A stretch of 49,582 nucleotides of DNA from NCBI RefSeq assembly GCF_004010195.1, contig NC_057755.1, positions 10,680,934-10,730,515 on the forward strand. The letters are read 5' to 3'. Positions within the stretch are counted from its first letter, which is position 1; the number at the start of each line of letters is the position of its first letter. A program made the position numbers and the translations under genes. Of this stretch, positions 11,561 to 23,729 are shown one piece after another. The DNA is from Chiloscyllium plagiosum (taxonomy: Eukaryota). The notes below the pieces were generated by a model. The model worked only from the letters and a program-made list of their open reading frames with translations. It had not been told where the DNA came from and searched no databases.

Positions 11561-12123
11561 NNNNNNNNNNNNNNNNNNNNNNNNNNNNNNNNNNNNNNNN
11601 NNNNNNNNNNNNNNNNNNNNNNNNNNNNNNNNNNNNNNNNNNNNNNNNNNNNNNNNNNNNNNNNNNNNNNNNNNNNNNNNNNNNNNNNNNNNNNNNNNNN
11701 NNNNNNNNNNNNNNNNNNNNNNNNNNNNNNNNNNNNNNNNNNNNNNNNNNNNNNNNNNNNNNNNNNNNNNNNNNNNNNNNNNNNNNNNNNNNNNNNNNNN
11801 NNNNNNNNNNNNNNNNNNNNNNNNNNNNNNNNNNNNNNNNNNNNNNNNNNNNNNNNNNNNNNNNNNNNNNNNNNNNNNNNNNNNNNNNNNNNNNNNNNNN
11901 NNNNNNNNNNNNNNNNNNNNNNNNNNNNNNNNNNNNNNNNNNNNNNNNNNNNNNNNNNNNNNNNNNNNNNNNNNNNNNNNNNNNNNNNNNNNNNNNNNNN
12001 NNNNNNNNNNNNNNNNNNNNNNNNNNNNNNNNNNNNNNNNNNNNNNNNNNNNNNNNNNNNNNNNNNNNNNNNNNNNNNNNNNNNNNNNNNNNNNNNNNNN
12101 NNNNNNNNNNNNNNNNNNNNNNN
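11561..12123. other. Assembly gap (N run)
   Basis: 563 N; hides the 3' end of GPCR copy 1. Confidence 1.
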
Positions 12124-12714
12124 TCTTCCCACGTGTCCCTCTCAGTCCACTGCGGGCTCTGCTGCCGACCAAGATGCGTCTGATTGTCAGAGAGTTAAAC
12201 AGTATGATGAATGTGAAGGGAAGGCAGACAACCCAGGCAACATGAAACCAGGCGTAGGCTGCCCCTGGTGGTGAAGAGAAGAAGCTTTCCCTTGTCCTGC
12301 AACCCCACTGCATCTTATTGATGATTTGCTGAGGTTCAAATGCAAAGAGAAATGGAATGTTCTTTATCCCCATCATGACACAGAATGATACTGTAACGGT
12401 CACTGCAGTTTTCTGGGTGCAATGGCTTGTTCTAAGCTTTTGGCAGCAGATAATTACAAACCTGTCAAATGTGAAGCTGACGGTGAACCAAACGGACAAG
12501 TCAATGGTGACGGTGGTTAAATATAAAATTAGCTTGCAAATGGGAGTTAAGGCCAATAATGAAAATGGAAAATGAAAGGTGAAAATGTGATATAGCATCA
12601 CGTTGATGAGCATCACCAATAGATCTGCTGTTGCCATGGCTACCATGTAGACAGAGATACACTTGGAAAGGCCACAGTTTCCTTTGAAAAGAATCACGAT
12701 CGTCATCAGGTTTG
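12124..12714 (-). CDS. GPR139/GPR142-like class A GPCR copy 1, exon 2 (TM1-TM5; 3' end lost in gap)
   Basis: ANLMTIVIL, MATADLLV, SVWFTVSFTFDRFVIICC, CLPFTFIILFNSLT; acceptor CTACAG| at 12715. Confidence 0.9.
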
Positions 12715-12818
12715 CTGTAGAATTTAAAAAAAAACACAATTACTGAAATACCTTGTTAAAAAAATCTATTAATTAGCATTAGTCATGATACTGGCAACAG
12801 TGAATTCGAAATGCTCAC

Positions 12819-12888
12819 CAGGAATACCAAAGGCAGCAAGAATCGGGTAGTAAGTTGTTTTTATCAACAGAATAACTGACTGTCCCAT
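12819..12888 (-). CDS. GPCR copy 1, exon 1 (70 nt)
   Basis: MGQSVILLIKTTYYPILAAFGIP; phase-1 donor G|GTGAGC; identical length and phase in all three paralogues. Confidence 0.9.
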
Positions 12889-12949
12889 TTTATGTGGATG
12901 AGATAATTCTATGTTAGCTCTAAGCCTCTGGTTAATGGAGAAACCTGTG

Positions 12950-13000
12950 TTTATAGATGCTTCAATTCTCCCAAGAGTCAACCATTTGTAATTACAGTTG
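12950..13000 (-). promoter_or_regulatory. Putative proximal promoter of GPCR copy 1 (TATAAA plus conserved upstream block)
   Basis: TATAAA (minus strand) at 12950-12955, ~60 nt upstream of the ATG; flanking motif shared with the other two paralogues. Confidence 0.55.
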
Positions 13001-13675
13001 GTAATAATTATGATTGAGCAATGCATGGACTTAAGTAGGTTGTTATGTTTGATACATCAGATTGCAGAAGACACTATTACAACGGTGTTTACTGAGAAAA
13101 TTAAATCCCCCTGTGCACCTGCTAAATCTGTTTCTACGGGACGAATGACAACAGCCACTTGGAGTCTCATCATTACAACCCAGGGACCCCATATTCTAAA
13201 TGAGGAGACAGTTTCAGACCAGGCAGTGACATCAATTCGAACAAACCTGTGAATAACTCGATCCCACAATACAAGTAATGACTGAGGCCCTCTGCTTAAT
13301 GATATGCTTCACTTCAACTTGAGCTGACCATCTCAGCCTCTCACTCACTTACATTTATAATAGGGGTCAGCACGTCCCTCCAGTACAAGTGACACTTGAA
13401 ACTATGATATATCTAACCCTCCTGCTTTTGCCCCACCACTGGTATGAATTTCATCTGAAACAACACAATTAATCGAATCAAACAAAACAAACAGGCAACA
13501 CCATGGAGTCAGCCGCAGTGACTGCGATTGTGGGTGTGTTCCCCATGTGGACTGGAGTAACCGATAGGCATGTGTTGCAAATCCTCCAGGTGTGGACAAA
13601 AACTACCAGTGGAGGAATATGCAGTTTTGCTCTGCTCACACATTGGGAGGAGCTGGTGTTGGACTAGGGTTGGTG

Positions 13676-13837
13676 GACAAAGTTAAAACATGCAATGCCA
13701 GGTTATAGTCCAACAGGTTTGTTTGGAAGTATTCGTCATGACACTCATCTTTTTTTGTTAGAAATTGTCTTATGGTCCGGCTCCACAGTTACTGGGTGAA
13801 GGAGCAGTGCTCTGAAAGCTAGTGCTTCCAAATAAAT
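13676..13837. mobile_element. Two oppositely oriented fragments of a PLE-type terminal repeat with decayed hammerhead
   Basis: TGAAGGAGCAGTGCTCTGAAAGCTAGTGCTTCCAAATAAA at ~13797-13836; inverted partner ending in ...TTTGTTTGGAAGTA at ~13676-13731. Confidence 0.6.
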
Positions 13838-14324
13838 GCTTTCCTTTACAGGTAGTTCGATAACGCAGTTCTCATGCAAGTTGGTGTATTAGAAAATTGT
13901 GCAATATAAGTAATTGTTCATACAGGAAAGAGTTAGGGGTGAACCACAAAGCATTAGTAAAGTCCAAACAAAAATAGTTAGCCTAACAAATGTAGCATAG
14001 TCTAATTAAATCTTTAAATTATACATATATTATTGTGAACTTACCACATGAGTACTAAGATTACTGACAATAGCACTGTACCTTTTATGAAACTCTTCAC
14101 CAGAAAGCATGCAGGCTGACCACATGATACTCATGTGCAAGTCAGGGTTCTAAATGTAGACTACAAATTCTTGTTTCAAGGCTTGCAGAGCTGATTGCAT
14201 TCCTGTTTTAGCTGAACACACTGAATTTGCATTTTCCAAACAGATCCTGAAGCTGTTTTGCTGTTCAGCTGATGTGAGGGTTTATAAAATTATTTGGTTA
14301 TACAGTCTTACTGTTGTCACTATC

Positions 14325-15003
14325 AGGTTCATAGCTCCTTGAAAGTGGAGTCGCAGGTTGAAAGGATAGTGAAGAAGGCGTTTGGTATGCTTTCCTTTAT
14401 TGGTCAGAGTATTGAGTATAGGAGTTAGGAGGTCATCTTGTGACTGTACAGGATGTACAGACCACTGTTCGAATATTGTGTGCAATTCTGGTCTCCTTCC
14501 TATCGGAAAGATGTTGTGAAACTTGAAAGAGTTCAGAAAAGATTTACAAGGATGTTGCCAGGGTTAGAGCATTTGAGCTACAGGGAGAGGCTGAACAGGC
14601 TGGGGCTGTTTTCCCTGGAGAGTCAGAGGCTGAGGGGTGACCTTATAGAGGTTCATAGGGGGGCATGGATAGGAAAAGTGGTCTTTTCCCTGGTGTGAGA
14701 GTGTGGTTCAGAACTACAGGGCATAGGTTTAGAGTGAGAGGGGAAAGGTATAGAAGGGACCTAAGGGGCAACTTTTACACGCAGAGGGTGGTACGTGTAT
14801 GGAATGAGCTGCCAAAGGATGTGGTGGAGGCTGATACATTTGCATTATTTAAAAGGCATCTGGAAGGCTATATGAACAGGAAAGGTTTAGAGGGGCATGG
14901 GCCAAGTGCTGGCAAAGGGCACTTGATTAGCTTGGAATATCTTGTCACCATGGACGAGTTGGGTGGAAGGGACTGTTTCCATGCTGTACATCTCTGTTAC
15001 TCT
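14325..15003 (+). mobile_element. CR1 LINE 3' end (mirror of 8470-9142)
   Basis: RPLFEYCVQFWSPSYRKDVVKLERVQKRFTRMLPGL; RGNFYTQRVVRVWNELP. Confidence 0.92.
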
Positions 15004-15895
15004 ATGATAATTGCTGGTCTTTGAAAATGCCAGCCAGTAAGCCCCTCCCTCCTAGGGAATACATCCAGTTCATTTCTGGACTTAGCACTTGTCTTAATAT
15101 TCTTGTCCCTGAAACAAAAATTGGAGAATAAGGTCTTTTGTCACAGACAGCTCACATTTTAACTCCTCACAATATCATGCTGCTAACCAGTGGCTGTGCC
15201 CCTTGGTTCTTTTATCCACAACTTTTCAGTCATGCTGATCAGAGATGTTATTACACAAGCTAGAGCAGATGGGTCTGGACCCCAGGTCTCATGGCTCAAA
15301 GAAAGGATCACAACCACTCCCAAAAGAGCTCCCAGTGCCTCTGTCGTACAGTGGAAGGTTTACCAGCCCCAGTTGCCCCCGTAGGAGGAACTACCACATG
15401 ATAAAATGCTGGCCCTCAATGTCACCCCAACACATTGCAAAGAGCTGAAAATAAAACGTCACATGTGTTTGAGCCTTCGAAGACTGTGATCAGACAGATC
15501 AGAGTGAGGGTGGGATGGAGAATGACAATGTGACACGATTGGGCTGTTATTGTCATGTTTCCTGAATGAACACAAGTGCTCAGTCAAGTGAACACCAAGT
15601 TGGAATTATTTTCCACAAAGACAGGAAGTGGATTATTGAACAGTGAGGACAGTGTATCGACATTTTAAAAGGGGCAACAGATTTGATGGATTTCTGTCGG
15701 GACTCTTCGGGATCCAGGGACTGAGAAAGGAGGCAGTGAGATGGTTGATTTTGTATCTCTTCCCTTGACACACACAGACGCTATTTCTAGTCTGTGGTAC
15801 AAGTCCCAAAATGCACTTCCGTAACTGGACTGATTCTAATGAGCATCCCCCACAATGCGGACCAAATCATGAGAAAATAATTTATTCACCCTCTT

Positions 15896-15983
15896 TCACT
15901 CTGTTATTACAGTTAAATCACTTGATGGATGAACCCACTTAAATCTTTTCAGTCCTTCCCCAGAGAATAGATTATTCTTCAAG
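15896..15983 (-). CDS. NLR copy B terminal coding exon
   Basis: LKNNLFSGEGLKRFKWVHPSSDLTVITE*; 88 nt as in copy A. Confidence 0.87.
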
Positions 15984-16464
15984 CTGAAAAATAAATTGCA
16001 ATAATCAATAAAGAGTAGCTTCTTACATTGATGATGCTTAAAGATATAACTTTTTAAACTGATTTTATTTACTGCACTTTTTAGTACTGTTGTATTTATC
16101 AAAGAGAGATATCCAGCTGGTGAGTATACAGCTATTGAGATTTCCTAATTGTGATTTAGAATCTTGATTTATACAACATGGAAACAGACATTTCTCTCCA
16201 ACTTGTTAATGCTGCCCAGATATCCCAATCAAATTTCGTCACATTTGGCAGGGTAACTATTTGTGAGACCGATCATATACTTGCGAAGGATCAAAAATTA
16301 AGTTTAAATCAGTATTCTGTGTGTCTTGGTGGAAAACTGTTTGCGTTAACATAGACGTCTGAGAAAATGTTCTCGGCCTTTATGTTAGGCCTGCAAAATA
16401 CCTGGTACCCTTCAGTTACTGTTGTCGGAGGCGATACATTTACTAAAAATCAAATCATCAGGAC

Positions 16465-16775
16465 AGCACAGTGGCTCAGTGGTGAGCACTGCTACCTCAT
16501 AGCACCAGAGGCACGGGTTCGATTCCAGCCTCGGCGACTGTCACATTCTCCTTGTGTCTATGTCGCTGTGCTCCAGGTACTTCGGCTTCCTCCCACATTC
16601 CAGGTTTGAGTGAATTGGCCATGCTAAATCACCCATAGTGTTCCGGGATATGTAGGTTAGGTTCAATAGTCAGTGCTAAATGCACAGCAATATGGTAAGA
16701 AAATGGGTCTGGGTGGGATACTCTTTGGAGGTTTGGTGTGGACTTGTTGGGCCGAATGGCTTGTTTCTTCACTGT
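16465..16775 (+). mobile_element. HE1-type SINE (older, full length)
   Basis: GCACAGTGGCTCAGTGGTGAGCACTGC, GGTTCGATTCC, tail GGACTTGTTGGGCCGAATGGC. Confidence 0.85.
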
Positions 16776-16857
16776 TGTGGTTCTCTTCGATCTGTGTTTA
16801 TTCCACAAATCAGAGCACATAAATTATGGAAGAAGAACATTTACATTACAAACTCAC

Positions 16858-17049
16858 TTGATTTCAGTCATTCGTGTGCAATTCTGAATGAACTGGGATA
16901 GTGCAGGAACAGATTGATCTGTCAGCCTGTTGGCATGGTCACCATTCAGATCATCATTGCTGATGTCCAGTTTTAACAACACAGTATTTTCACGAAGAGC
17001 AGAGGTTAAGATTTCCACACAGCCATCTGTGAGATTATTGGATTTTAAG
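16858..17049 (-). CDS. NLR copy B LRR exon 3 (192 nt)
   Basis: CAG| acceptor, |GTGAGT donor; encodes LKSNNLTDGCVEILTSALRENTVLLKLDISN. Confidence 0.9.
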
Positions 17050-17308
17050 CTGTATTGATTGAAGGAAAACACAAATTACATTCCCAGTAACATTCAGAGA
17101 TGAAAATGTCAAAATAAAGACAAACTTGCAAGGAATCACATTAAACTTCCAAGTTAATTGTAATTGTTGTTTTATCAGCTGTTCTTATGTCTAAATTAGT
17201 ACCAGAATACTAGAAATGGAAGTGTAGCATTTGCTGATAATTACTAACATGTACATTAAAATTTGTGTAGATAAATAACTTGTATTGCTTGATATAGTAA
17301 TTACTTAC

Positions 17309-17395
17309 GACAATGTCTCTATTTTGCAATATAAATACTTTAGAATGGCAGAGAGATGTGTCACTCCCAAATCACCCAGGTTATTCATGTTGAGT
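17309..17395 (-). CDS. NLR copy B LRR exon 2 (87 nt)
   Basis: GTCAG| acceptor; encodes RLNMNNLGDLGVTHLSAILKYLYCKIETLS; perfect donor |GTAAGT; phase 2-2. Confidence 0.9.
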
Positions 17396-18731
17396 CTGAC
17401 AAAAAATAAAAAGAAATAACACATAGGGAAAAATTAGTAGGATTGGAAATGTTCACAGGTCTATTGTGTTACTGGTGGTTTGGAGATACACGATAGGAAA
17501 GAGTGAAGTGAAATTTGATTTAGTTTTAAGGCTTGTATCTATTTGTTTTGGTATGAAAATATTACTGAGCGTCAGAGGGTACAGATCCTTCACTCAATTG
17601 TATTTCTGATGTCTGGAAGTAGAATGTATGACACTTAAGAAAAATTAGATGCATAATGCGCACCAGAATGGATGGCTGAACAAAGTTAATTGCACTGAAA
17701 GGACAGAAGAATCTTCAAAACCAAGTTACAGAGTAAAAGGGAACAGCAAGCAATCTTGATGGGTTTTTAATGGTATGAAGGGAAGGTTTAGTTGGGTTTT
17801 ACCGCGGCATTTTATTCGGAGTCTCGCTTCTTTTCAGATGTGTTAATGGCCGAGAGGTTGGTGCTCAGGGAAAAAAAAGAATTCCAGTATACGATTTCCG
17901 CTGATAGAGTATTCTAGAGCTAGACATAATCTGAGAATTAGGACCCAGACTGTTTAAGAAAGACGTGAGGAATCACTTCTACACACAAAGGTTGGGAGAG
18001 TTTTGTAACATTGTTCCACGGATGGCAGTGGATTAGTTGTTGATTTTAAATTGGAGTTAGGTATCTGTTTGTTGAACAAAGGTTCTAATGAATATGGGCC
18101 AAAGGCAGCTATGTGGAGTTAGGACACGGATCAGCCTTTGAATGGCAGAACAGCCTCAAGGGGCCGAATGGCCTTCTCCTGTTCTGATGACTGTTCAAAC
18201 ATGACCAACAAGGTAATCAAAGTCTTGTCATGTCTGACCAAATAATGCCATCGGGTGCTATTTTCTAATCACAAAGTGTGTGGATAAAACTATCCCATAA
18301 ACAACCCCCTCATTATTCTCATCACATTACCCAGCATCGCTGGGAACAGTGTTGTACACTTTGGCATCACAGATGCACATCTTCCATATACAGTAGTATT
18401 TTATTGTCCGCCTCTATAACTCTACAGATATGGGCAATGTGCAAAAGGGGAGACAATTTGAGTGATTAAATCAAAGAAGCAAAAGGTCTTTTCAATGTGT
18501 AGTCAGATTTTCTATTCTTAAGATCTGTTTACTGACAAATCATTGCATGAGGTGGTATTATACCGATGGTTTGATTATGTTTAGCGATTTCATGTCATCA
18601 TGATTTCATGAATGGTTTGACAAGATCCTGTCCTTGATTAATGTAACATGAGTTATTTATAGATATTGCCCCAGATACTGCTGCATCCCGTTATGATGTT
18701 ACAACGTTATTAAATAACGGTGTTGCATTAC

Positions 18732-20470
18732 CTGAGTACCTCGCATTTATGTAACACTGACTCCAGCTGGTGGATGCCCTCATTTCCTATCCCACAACCG
18801 TCCAGATCCAGCTCCTCAATCTCCTGAACCATCATTAAAGCTTTTGACAGAACCGTACAGTCAAAGGTTTTATGAGGGCACTTTGTGAATCGTAATGTCT
18901 TCATTGGAGTTAAGACATCTTTTAGCAGCATGGCATCACCAAATTCAAGGAGACAATGCAATATTTCAAGGAGACCTTTTTGGTTTCTCTCACTTTCCAG
19001 GTTCTGCACATAACTGTTGAATTTTTCTTTCAGCCAGTCTGATACATTTGAAGCTGTTTCAGACTGTAGTTCTCCCCAGTAAAACCCAACCTGTTTCAAT
19101 GAATTTGGTGATGAGAGGCCAATGAAGAAACGGGAAACAAATTTAAACCTGTCGTCCGTGCAGCTGTACCATTCAGTAAGTATTTTTTTCACTTGGTCAG
19201 CTGGTGTACTTTGACATTTAAACAGGGCAGCAACAAAATCCTTCAAAATGGGGTGAGTGAACACGTAGCTAATACCATCATTGTCTTGAATTTCTATCAT
19301 AAATCCCGAGATCCAGTTGGAAATAGGGAGCTTGTGCTGTTTGAATTGGCCACTATTAAACACATTGGTTTTATTGCAAATTCCCCAGTAGGCTAAGCTA
19401 CCCAATTTCAGAAGGACATTGTGAGCATTGACATCATCATAAAAACATTTCTTCAAAAGACAAGTGACATAAGTGAGGAACACCCTTGTACAGGTTGTGA
19501 ATGCTGGTATCTGGGCTCCTTCTTTCTGCTGGGCTTCCAGTATTGAACATAGAACCGAGCAGAAGCGAGGATTATGGCACATGGCGTATAATTTCTCATC
19601 CTGATCAATAAAATCTGAAGCAAACTGTCCAGCTGCAGAGCAGCGATGAGAATATTCTTTCATCGTGTCTGCACTGAAGCCCAGGATATCGACAACTCGA
19701 TTTAATCCGACTTTCTCAAGAGTCTGCAGTTTCCATGGGGAACTCGTTCCCAACACTGAGCAGCCTTTCAGCAACTGCCCTTTTATCAGACTGCACACAA
19801 TGTGGGAGATTTCACACAAATGTTCAGGCCCGAAACTCTGAGATCCATCACCATTGGCACTTGGCACCTCAGTGATATCGATGGGTTTCTGGAAAAGATC
19901 CAAGTCATCGAATATGAACAGTATTTTCTCTGGTTTGTTCCACAGAAACTCTAAGTAGTTTGTGAAATTGGGAAAGAAATCTAATATCAGTTCATTTAAG
20001 CAGGTTTCCCCATCGATGGAATTCAATTTCTGAACTTTAAATGGAAAGATCACGTCAATCTCTCGGTACATTTCACCTGCTGCCCAGCCATGTATTATTT
20101 TCTGTATTATGGTACTTTTCCCAAAACCTGATGGTCCAATGATGAGAGTGGTCCCAGTGCCTCCCGTCTGATTACAATGTTTTCTCAGTAACCTATCTAA
20201 CGGTATTTCTTCCCGATAATTTTGCTCAGCTTTCCTCCAGATTTCTCCACCTGCCGTACTCCTGGTCTTCAGTGTATTGTCTGTGTGTTCCTGCTCACCC
20301 AGTGAAGGAACAATAGTTACTTTGGTGTATCTTTCCCTCAGTGGAAATCTCCGAATTCTTCTGTTTTCTCCTGTGATTGTTAGATTCTCGTTCTTTTTGC
20401 GAAGGTAATCTTTGTGCTGCCGTTTTATATCTAAATTAAAATGTTCAGCAAGTTTACCATCACCATTCAT
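18732..20470 (-). CDS. NLR copy B, large NACHT exon; spliced product ~701 aa from this ATG
   Basis: Same 1739-nt length as copy A; GPSGFGKST, ILFIFDDLD, FTHPILKDFVAA, IEELDLDGCGIGNEG; donor |GTAATG. Confidence 0.95.
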
Positions 20471-21488
20471 ATTGCTAATATTTATCAGAATGATACTATG
20501 AACAAAATGCAAACTGACAAATTACAGAAATATCTTTCGCAAAGAAATTCCCACGTTGCAATTGCTTTTGTGCCGATCTCTGTAATTGTGAAACTTGTGT
20601 TATATTGATCAACTGATTTGATCTAATTTTTTCACAGAAGCAGGTAGTGGTAATCTTACTGGGCTTGTGATCCAGAACCCCAGCCTCTAACTGCTGCCTT
20701 TATCCTGAAAACCTTTCTTGAGCAAGGCTGTAAAGTTTGTTATTCTCCAGCCCTCTGGCCCTTGCCCTGCCTCCAGGAAGGCTGAATGATTACGGCCAGT
20801 GTCCCTTCAGTTCTCACTCTCACTACATTCAGTATGTCGGGATGGACTTCACCAGGTCGTGATGCCTTGTTCATGTTAACAATCATCAGTTCATTCAACA
20901 CGCCTTCCTCATCAATTTCAAACACCTCCCATGACAAAGTTACCTGCTCTGTCACAGCCTCCTTTGGAATATTCTGCAGAAGTTGTGATTAGTCGAGTTT
21001 TCTATTGGATGCTCTTGCCTCCCGTTTGCTAGTTCCTTTGTTTATTAACCTGGGCGATGTATTTATTCCCAAAGATTTAACACTGTGGTAGGGTAGAAGG
21101 TGAGAACGCCCCTGGTGCTCACCTTCCACCCTACCAACCTTTGCATAAACCAAATCATCCGCCGACATTTGCGCCACCTCCAAACAGACCCCACCACCAG
21201 GGATATATTTCCCTCCCCAACCCTCTCCGCCTTCCGCAAAGACCGTTCCCTCCGTGACTACCTGGTCAGGTCCACGCCCCCCTACGACCCACCCTCCCAT
21301 CCTGGCACTTTCCCCTGCCACCGCAGGAACTGTAAAACCAGCGCCCACACCTCCTCCCTCACCTCCATCCAAGGCCCCAAAGGAGCTTTCCACATCCACC
21401 AAAGTTTTACCTGCGCATCCACTAATATCATTGATTGTATCCGTTGCTCCCGATGCGGTCTCCTCTACATTGGAGAGACTGGGCGCCT

Positions 21489-21775
21489 NNNNNNNNNNNN
21501 NNNNNNNNNNNNNNNNNNNNNNNNNNNNNNNNNNNNNNNNNNNNNNNNNNNNNNNNNNNNNNNNNNNNNNNNNNNNNNNNNNNNNNNNNNNNNNNNNNNN
21601 NNNNNNNNNNNNNNNNNNNNNNNNNNNNNNNNNNNNNNNNNNNNNNNNNNNNNNNNNNNNNNNNNNNNNNNNNNNNNNNNNNNNNNNNNNNNNNNNNNNN
21701 NNNNNNNNNNNNNNNNNNNNNNNNNNNNNNNNNNNNNNNNNNNNNNNNNNNNNNNNNNNNNNNNNNNNNNNNNNN
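21489..21775. other. Assembly gap (N run)
   Basis: 287 N. Confidence 1.
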
Positions 21776-21843
21776 TATGCTACTCTCTCCCCACCCCCAC
21801 CCTCCTCTAGCTTATCTCTCCATGCTTCAGGCTCTCTGCCTTT

Positions 21844-21879
21844 ATTCCTGATGAAGGGCTTTTACCCGAAACATCGATT
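21844..21879 (+). ncRNA. Minimal hammerhead ribozyme, slightly decayed
   Basis: ATTC-CTGATGA-A-GGGC-TTTT-ACCC-GAAAC-ATC-GATT; GTC>ATC change and one stem II mismatch. Confidence 0.55.
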
Positions 21880-21973
21880 TTGCCTGTCCTCGGATGCTAC
21901 CTGAAATACTGTGCTCTTCCAGCACCACTGATCCAGAATCTGGTTTCCAGCATCTGCAGTCATTGTTTTTACC

Positions 21974-22375
21974 TTATTGGGTGGTAATGGTTTGGTGGTG
22001 GAGAAGACCCAGGATCTGCATGTCCTTGATGGAGTGGGAGGGGTTGGTGAAGTGTTCAGCCACAGGGCAGTGGGGTTGGGTGGTGCTGGCATCCCAGAAA
22101 TGTTCTCTGAAATGATCCACAAGTAAGGAAACCTGTCTCCCCGATATAGAGGCGACCAAGTTGGATTCAACGCATAAAGTAGATGACATCGATGGAGGTA
22201 CAGGTGAATTTTTGTCAGATGTGAAAGGATCCTCTGGGGCCTTGGGCGGAGGTGAGGGGAATGTGTGGATGCAGGTTTTGCACTTCCTGCATTGACAGGG
22301 GAGGTTGCTTGGTGTGTGGTGTTGACTGGTGGGTGCCCCTGGAGATAGAGCAGAGGATGTCTACGAACACCCTTG
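21974..22375 (-). mobile_element. Degraded PLE remnant (mirror of ~700-1107)
   Basis: Reverse complement of the arm A PLE fragment, truncated at the 21088-21972 insertion. Confidence 0.8.
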
Positions 22376-22849
22376 CTCTGCTCAGGGAGTGGTGAACAAC
22401 AAAGGGAGAGGAATGTAGTATTTCCACTTCCAACTCTATTTTGATTCAGTCCCTGCCATCCCCTTCCCTTCTTTGGTCACCTAGCATTGCCCTTTGATGA
22501 GAAGGGCACTGCTTGTCGCTGGCCACTTACTTCCTGGTGGTGGATCACGAATAAAGATTGATGCGCTCATTGTTATTCACTGCATACACACAACATGGGT
22601 GCTGGGAATAAATAAACTCTACCGCTGTTTGGCAATAGTGTGGGGATTTATATTAAAAAAATTAAAATCTTATTTATAATCAGTCACAATCTCGTCATCT
22701 GTGGACTGACTCCAAGCTAGCTAGCCACAGCCAGTGTACTGTGGGGAAGAAATCAGTTGTCTTACATTTTTGATTTTTGTTTTTGTGTTTCTGGGTGTCT
22801 TTTCTTTTATTGGGCTGTATTCCGCTGCGCAAGCAGTCACCATCACCGC

Positions 22850-23185
22850 TGGTGTAGCCTGGGCCTCAATCCACTGCTGCTGCCTAGGACTGACTCCACT
22901 GCTACAGTCTAGGCCTGACACCACTGCTGCAGCCTGGGCCTGACTCCACTGCTACAGCCTAGGCCTGACTCCACTGCTACAACCTGGGTCTGACTCCACT
23001 GCTGCAGCCTGGGCCTGACCCCACTGCTGCAGCCTGGCTCTGACACCACTGCTGCAGAATGCACCTGATGCCACTGCAGATGCCTGGACCTGACACCACT
23101 GCTGCAGCCTGGCACTTACCCCACTGCTGTAGCCTGGCCTTCCTCAGTGCCATAGCCTGGGGTGACCCCACTGCTGCAACCAGGA
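22850..23185 (-). repeat. 25-bp minisatellite (mirror of 1-215)
   Basis: Repeated CCTGACTCCACTGCTGCAGCCTGGG variants. Confidence 0.93.
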
Positions 23186-23729
23186 CTTGGAGTAAAATAT
23201 TGTAAAAGGAAAATTATATCTGAACAGAAAACTCCCGGATGTCCCCAGAGATGAAGTACAAGGTTTCCTTGCCCATGACATTTTACAGGACTCCGTGACC
23301 ACAAAGAGATATCCCTGGGCAGCTCAATCCCGATTCCACAGTGAGGTGGCTTCATTACTGGAGGCTCAGTCCCGGCACTGGGTTGGAACTTTATCAAGAA
23401 TGATGGTGTCTGCTAACAGGCCTGTCACATAGGGTTCAGTGTTCATGGATATGGCAGGCTATTCTGTCTTTTGTCTGTGGGACAGTTCTCCCAACATTGG
23501 CAAAGGTCCTGATCTTTGTTTATGATGGATTTTCAGGATCAATCTCGGAGTTTCATTTGATACCAGTTAATTCAACGCGTTTGTACAATGAATTACAATT
23601 AATCGTTGTGGTCAGTTGGCACGTTAGATTCAGCCACATTGCTTTGTGTCTGGAGACAAACATAGGCCAGACCATATAAGACTTGCAGATGTCCTTCACA
23701 AAGACCATATTACATAGGAGCAGAAGTTT

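Larger units (their letters stand above)
21088..21972 (+). mobile_element. Penelope-like element (Cys-rich linker plus GIY-YIG, Neptune-like), interrupted by an N gap, with 3' terminal repeat
   Basis: PLVLTFHP...SAFRKDRSLRDYLVRS...FPCHRRNCKT...FTCASTNII.CIRCSRCGLLYIGETGR; absent from arm A. Confidence 0.9.
13795..23019 (-). repeat. Arm B of the large inverted segmental duplication
   Basis: Colinear reverse complement of 1-9672, with arm-specific indels and insertions. Confidence 0.97.

Noticed and set aside
9637..12183. Long ORFs containing X runs (also 21254-21904)
   Set aside because: Their length comes from assembly N gaps
13676..13837. PLE repeat fragments as the causal breakpoint of the large inversion
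   Set aside because: Arm A ends in an N gap, so the true inner breakpoint cannot be located
20471..20512. N-terminal extension MHFVHSIILINISN of NLR-B in the ORF track
   Set aside because: Begins at a non-ATG codon in intron-like sequence; copy A has a stop in the equivalent region; the ATG at 20470 aligns with 3015
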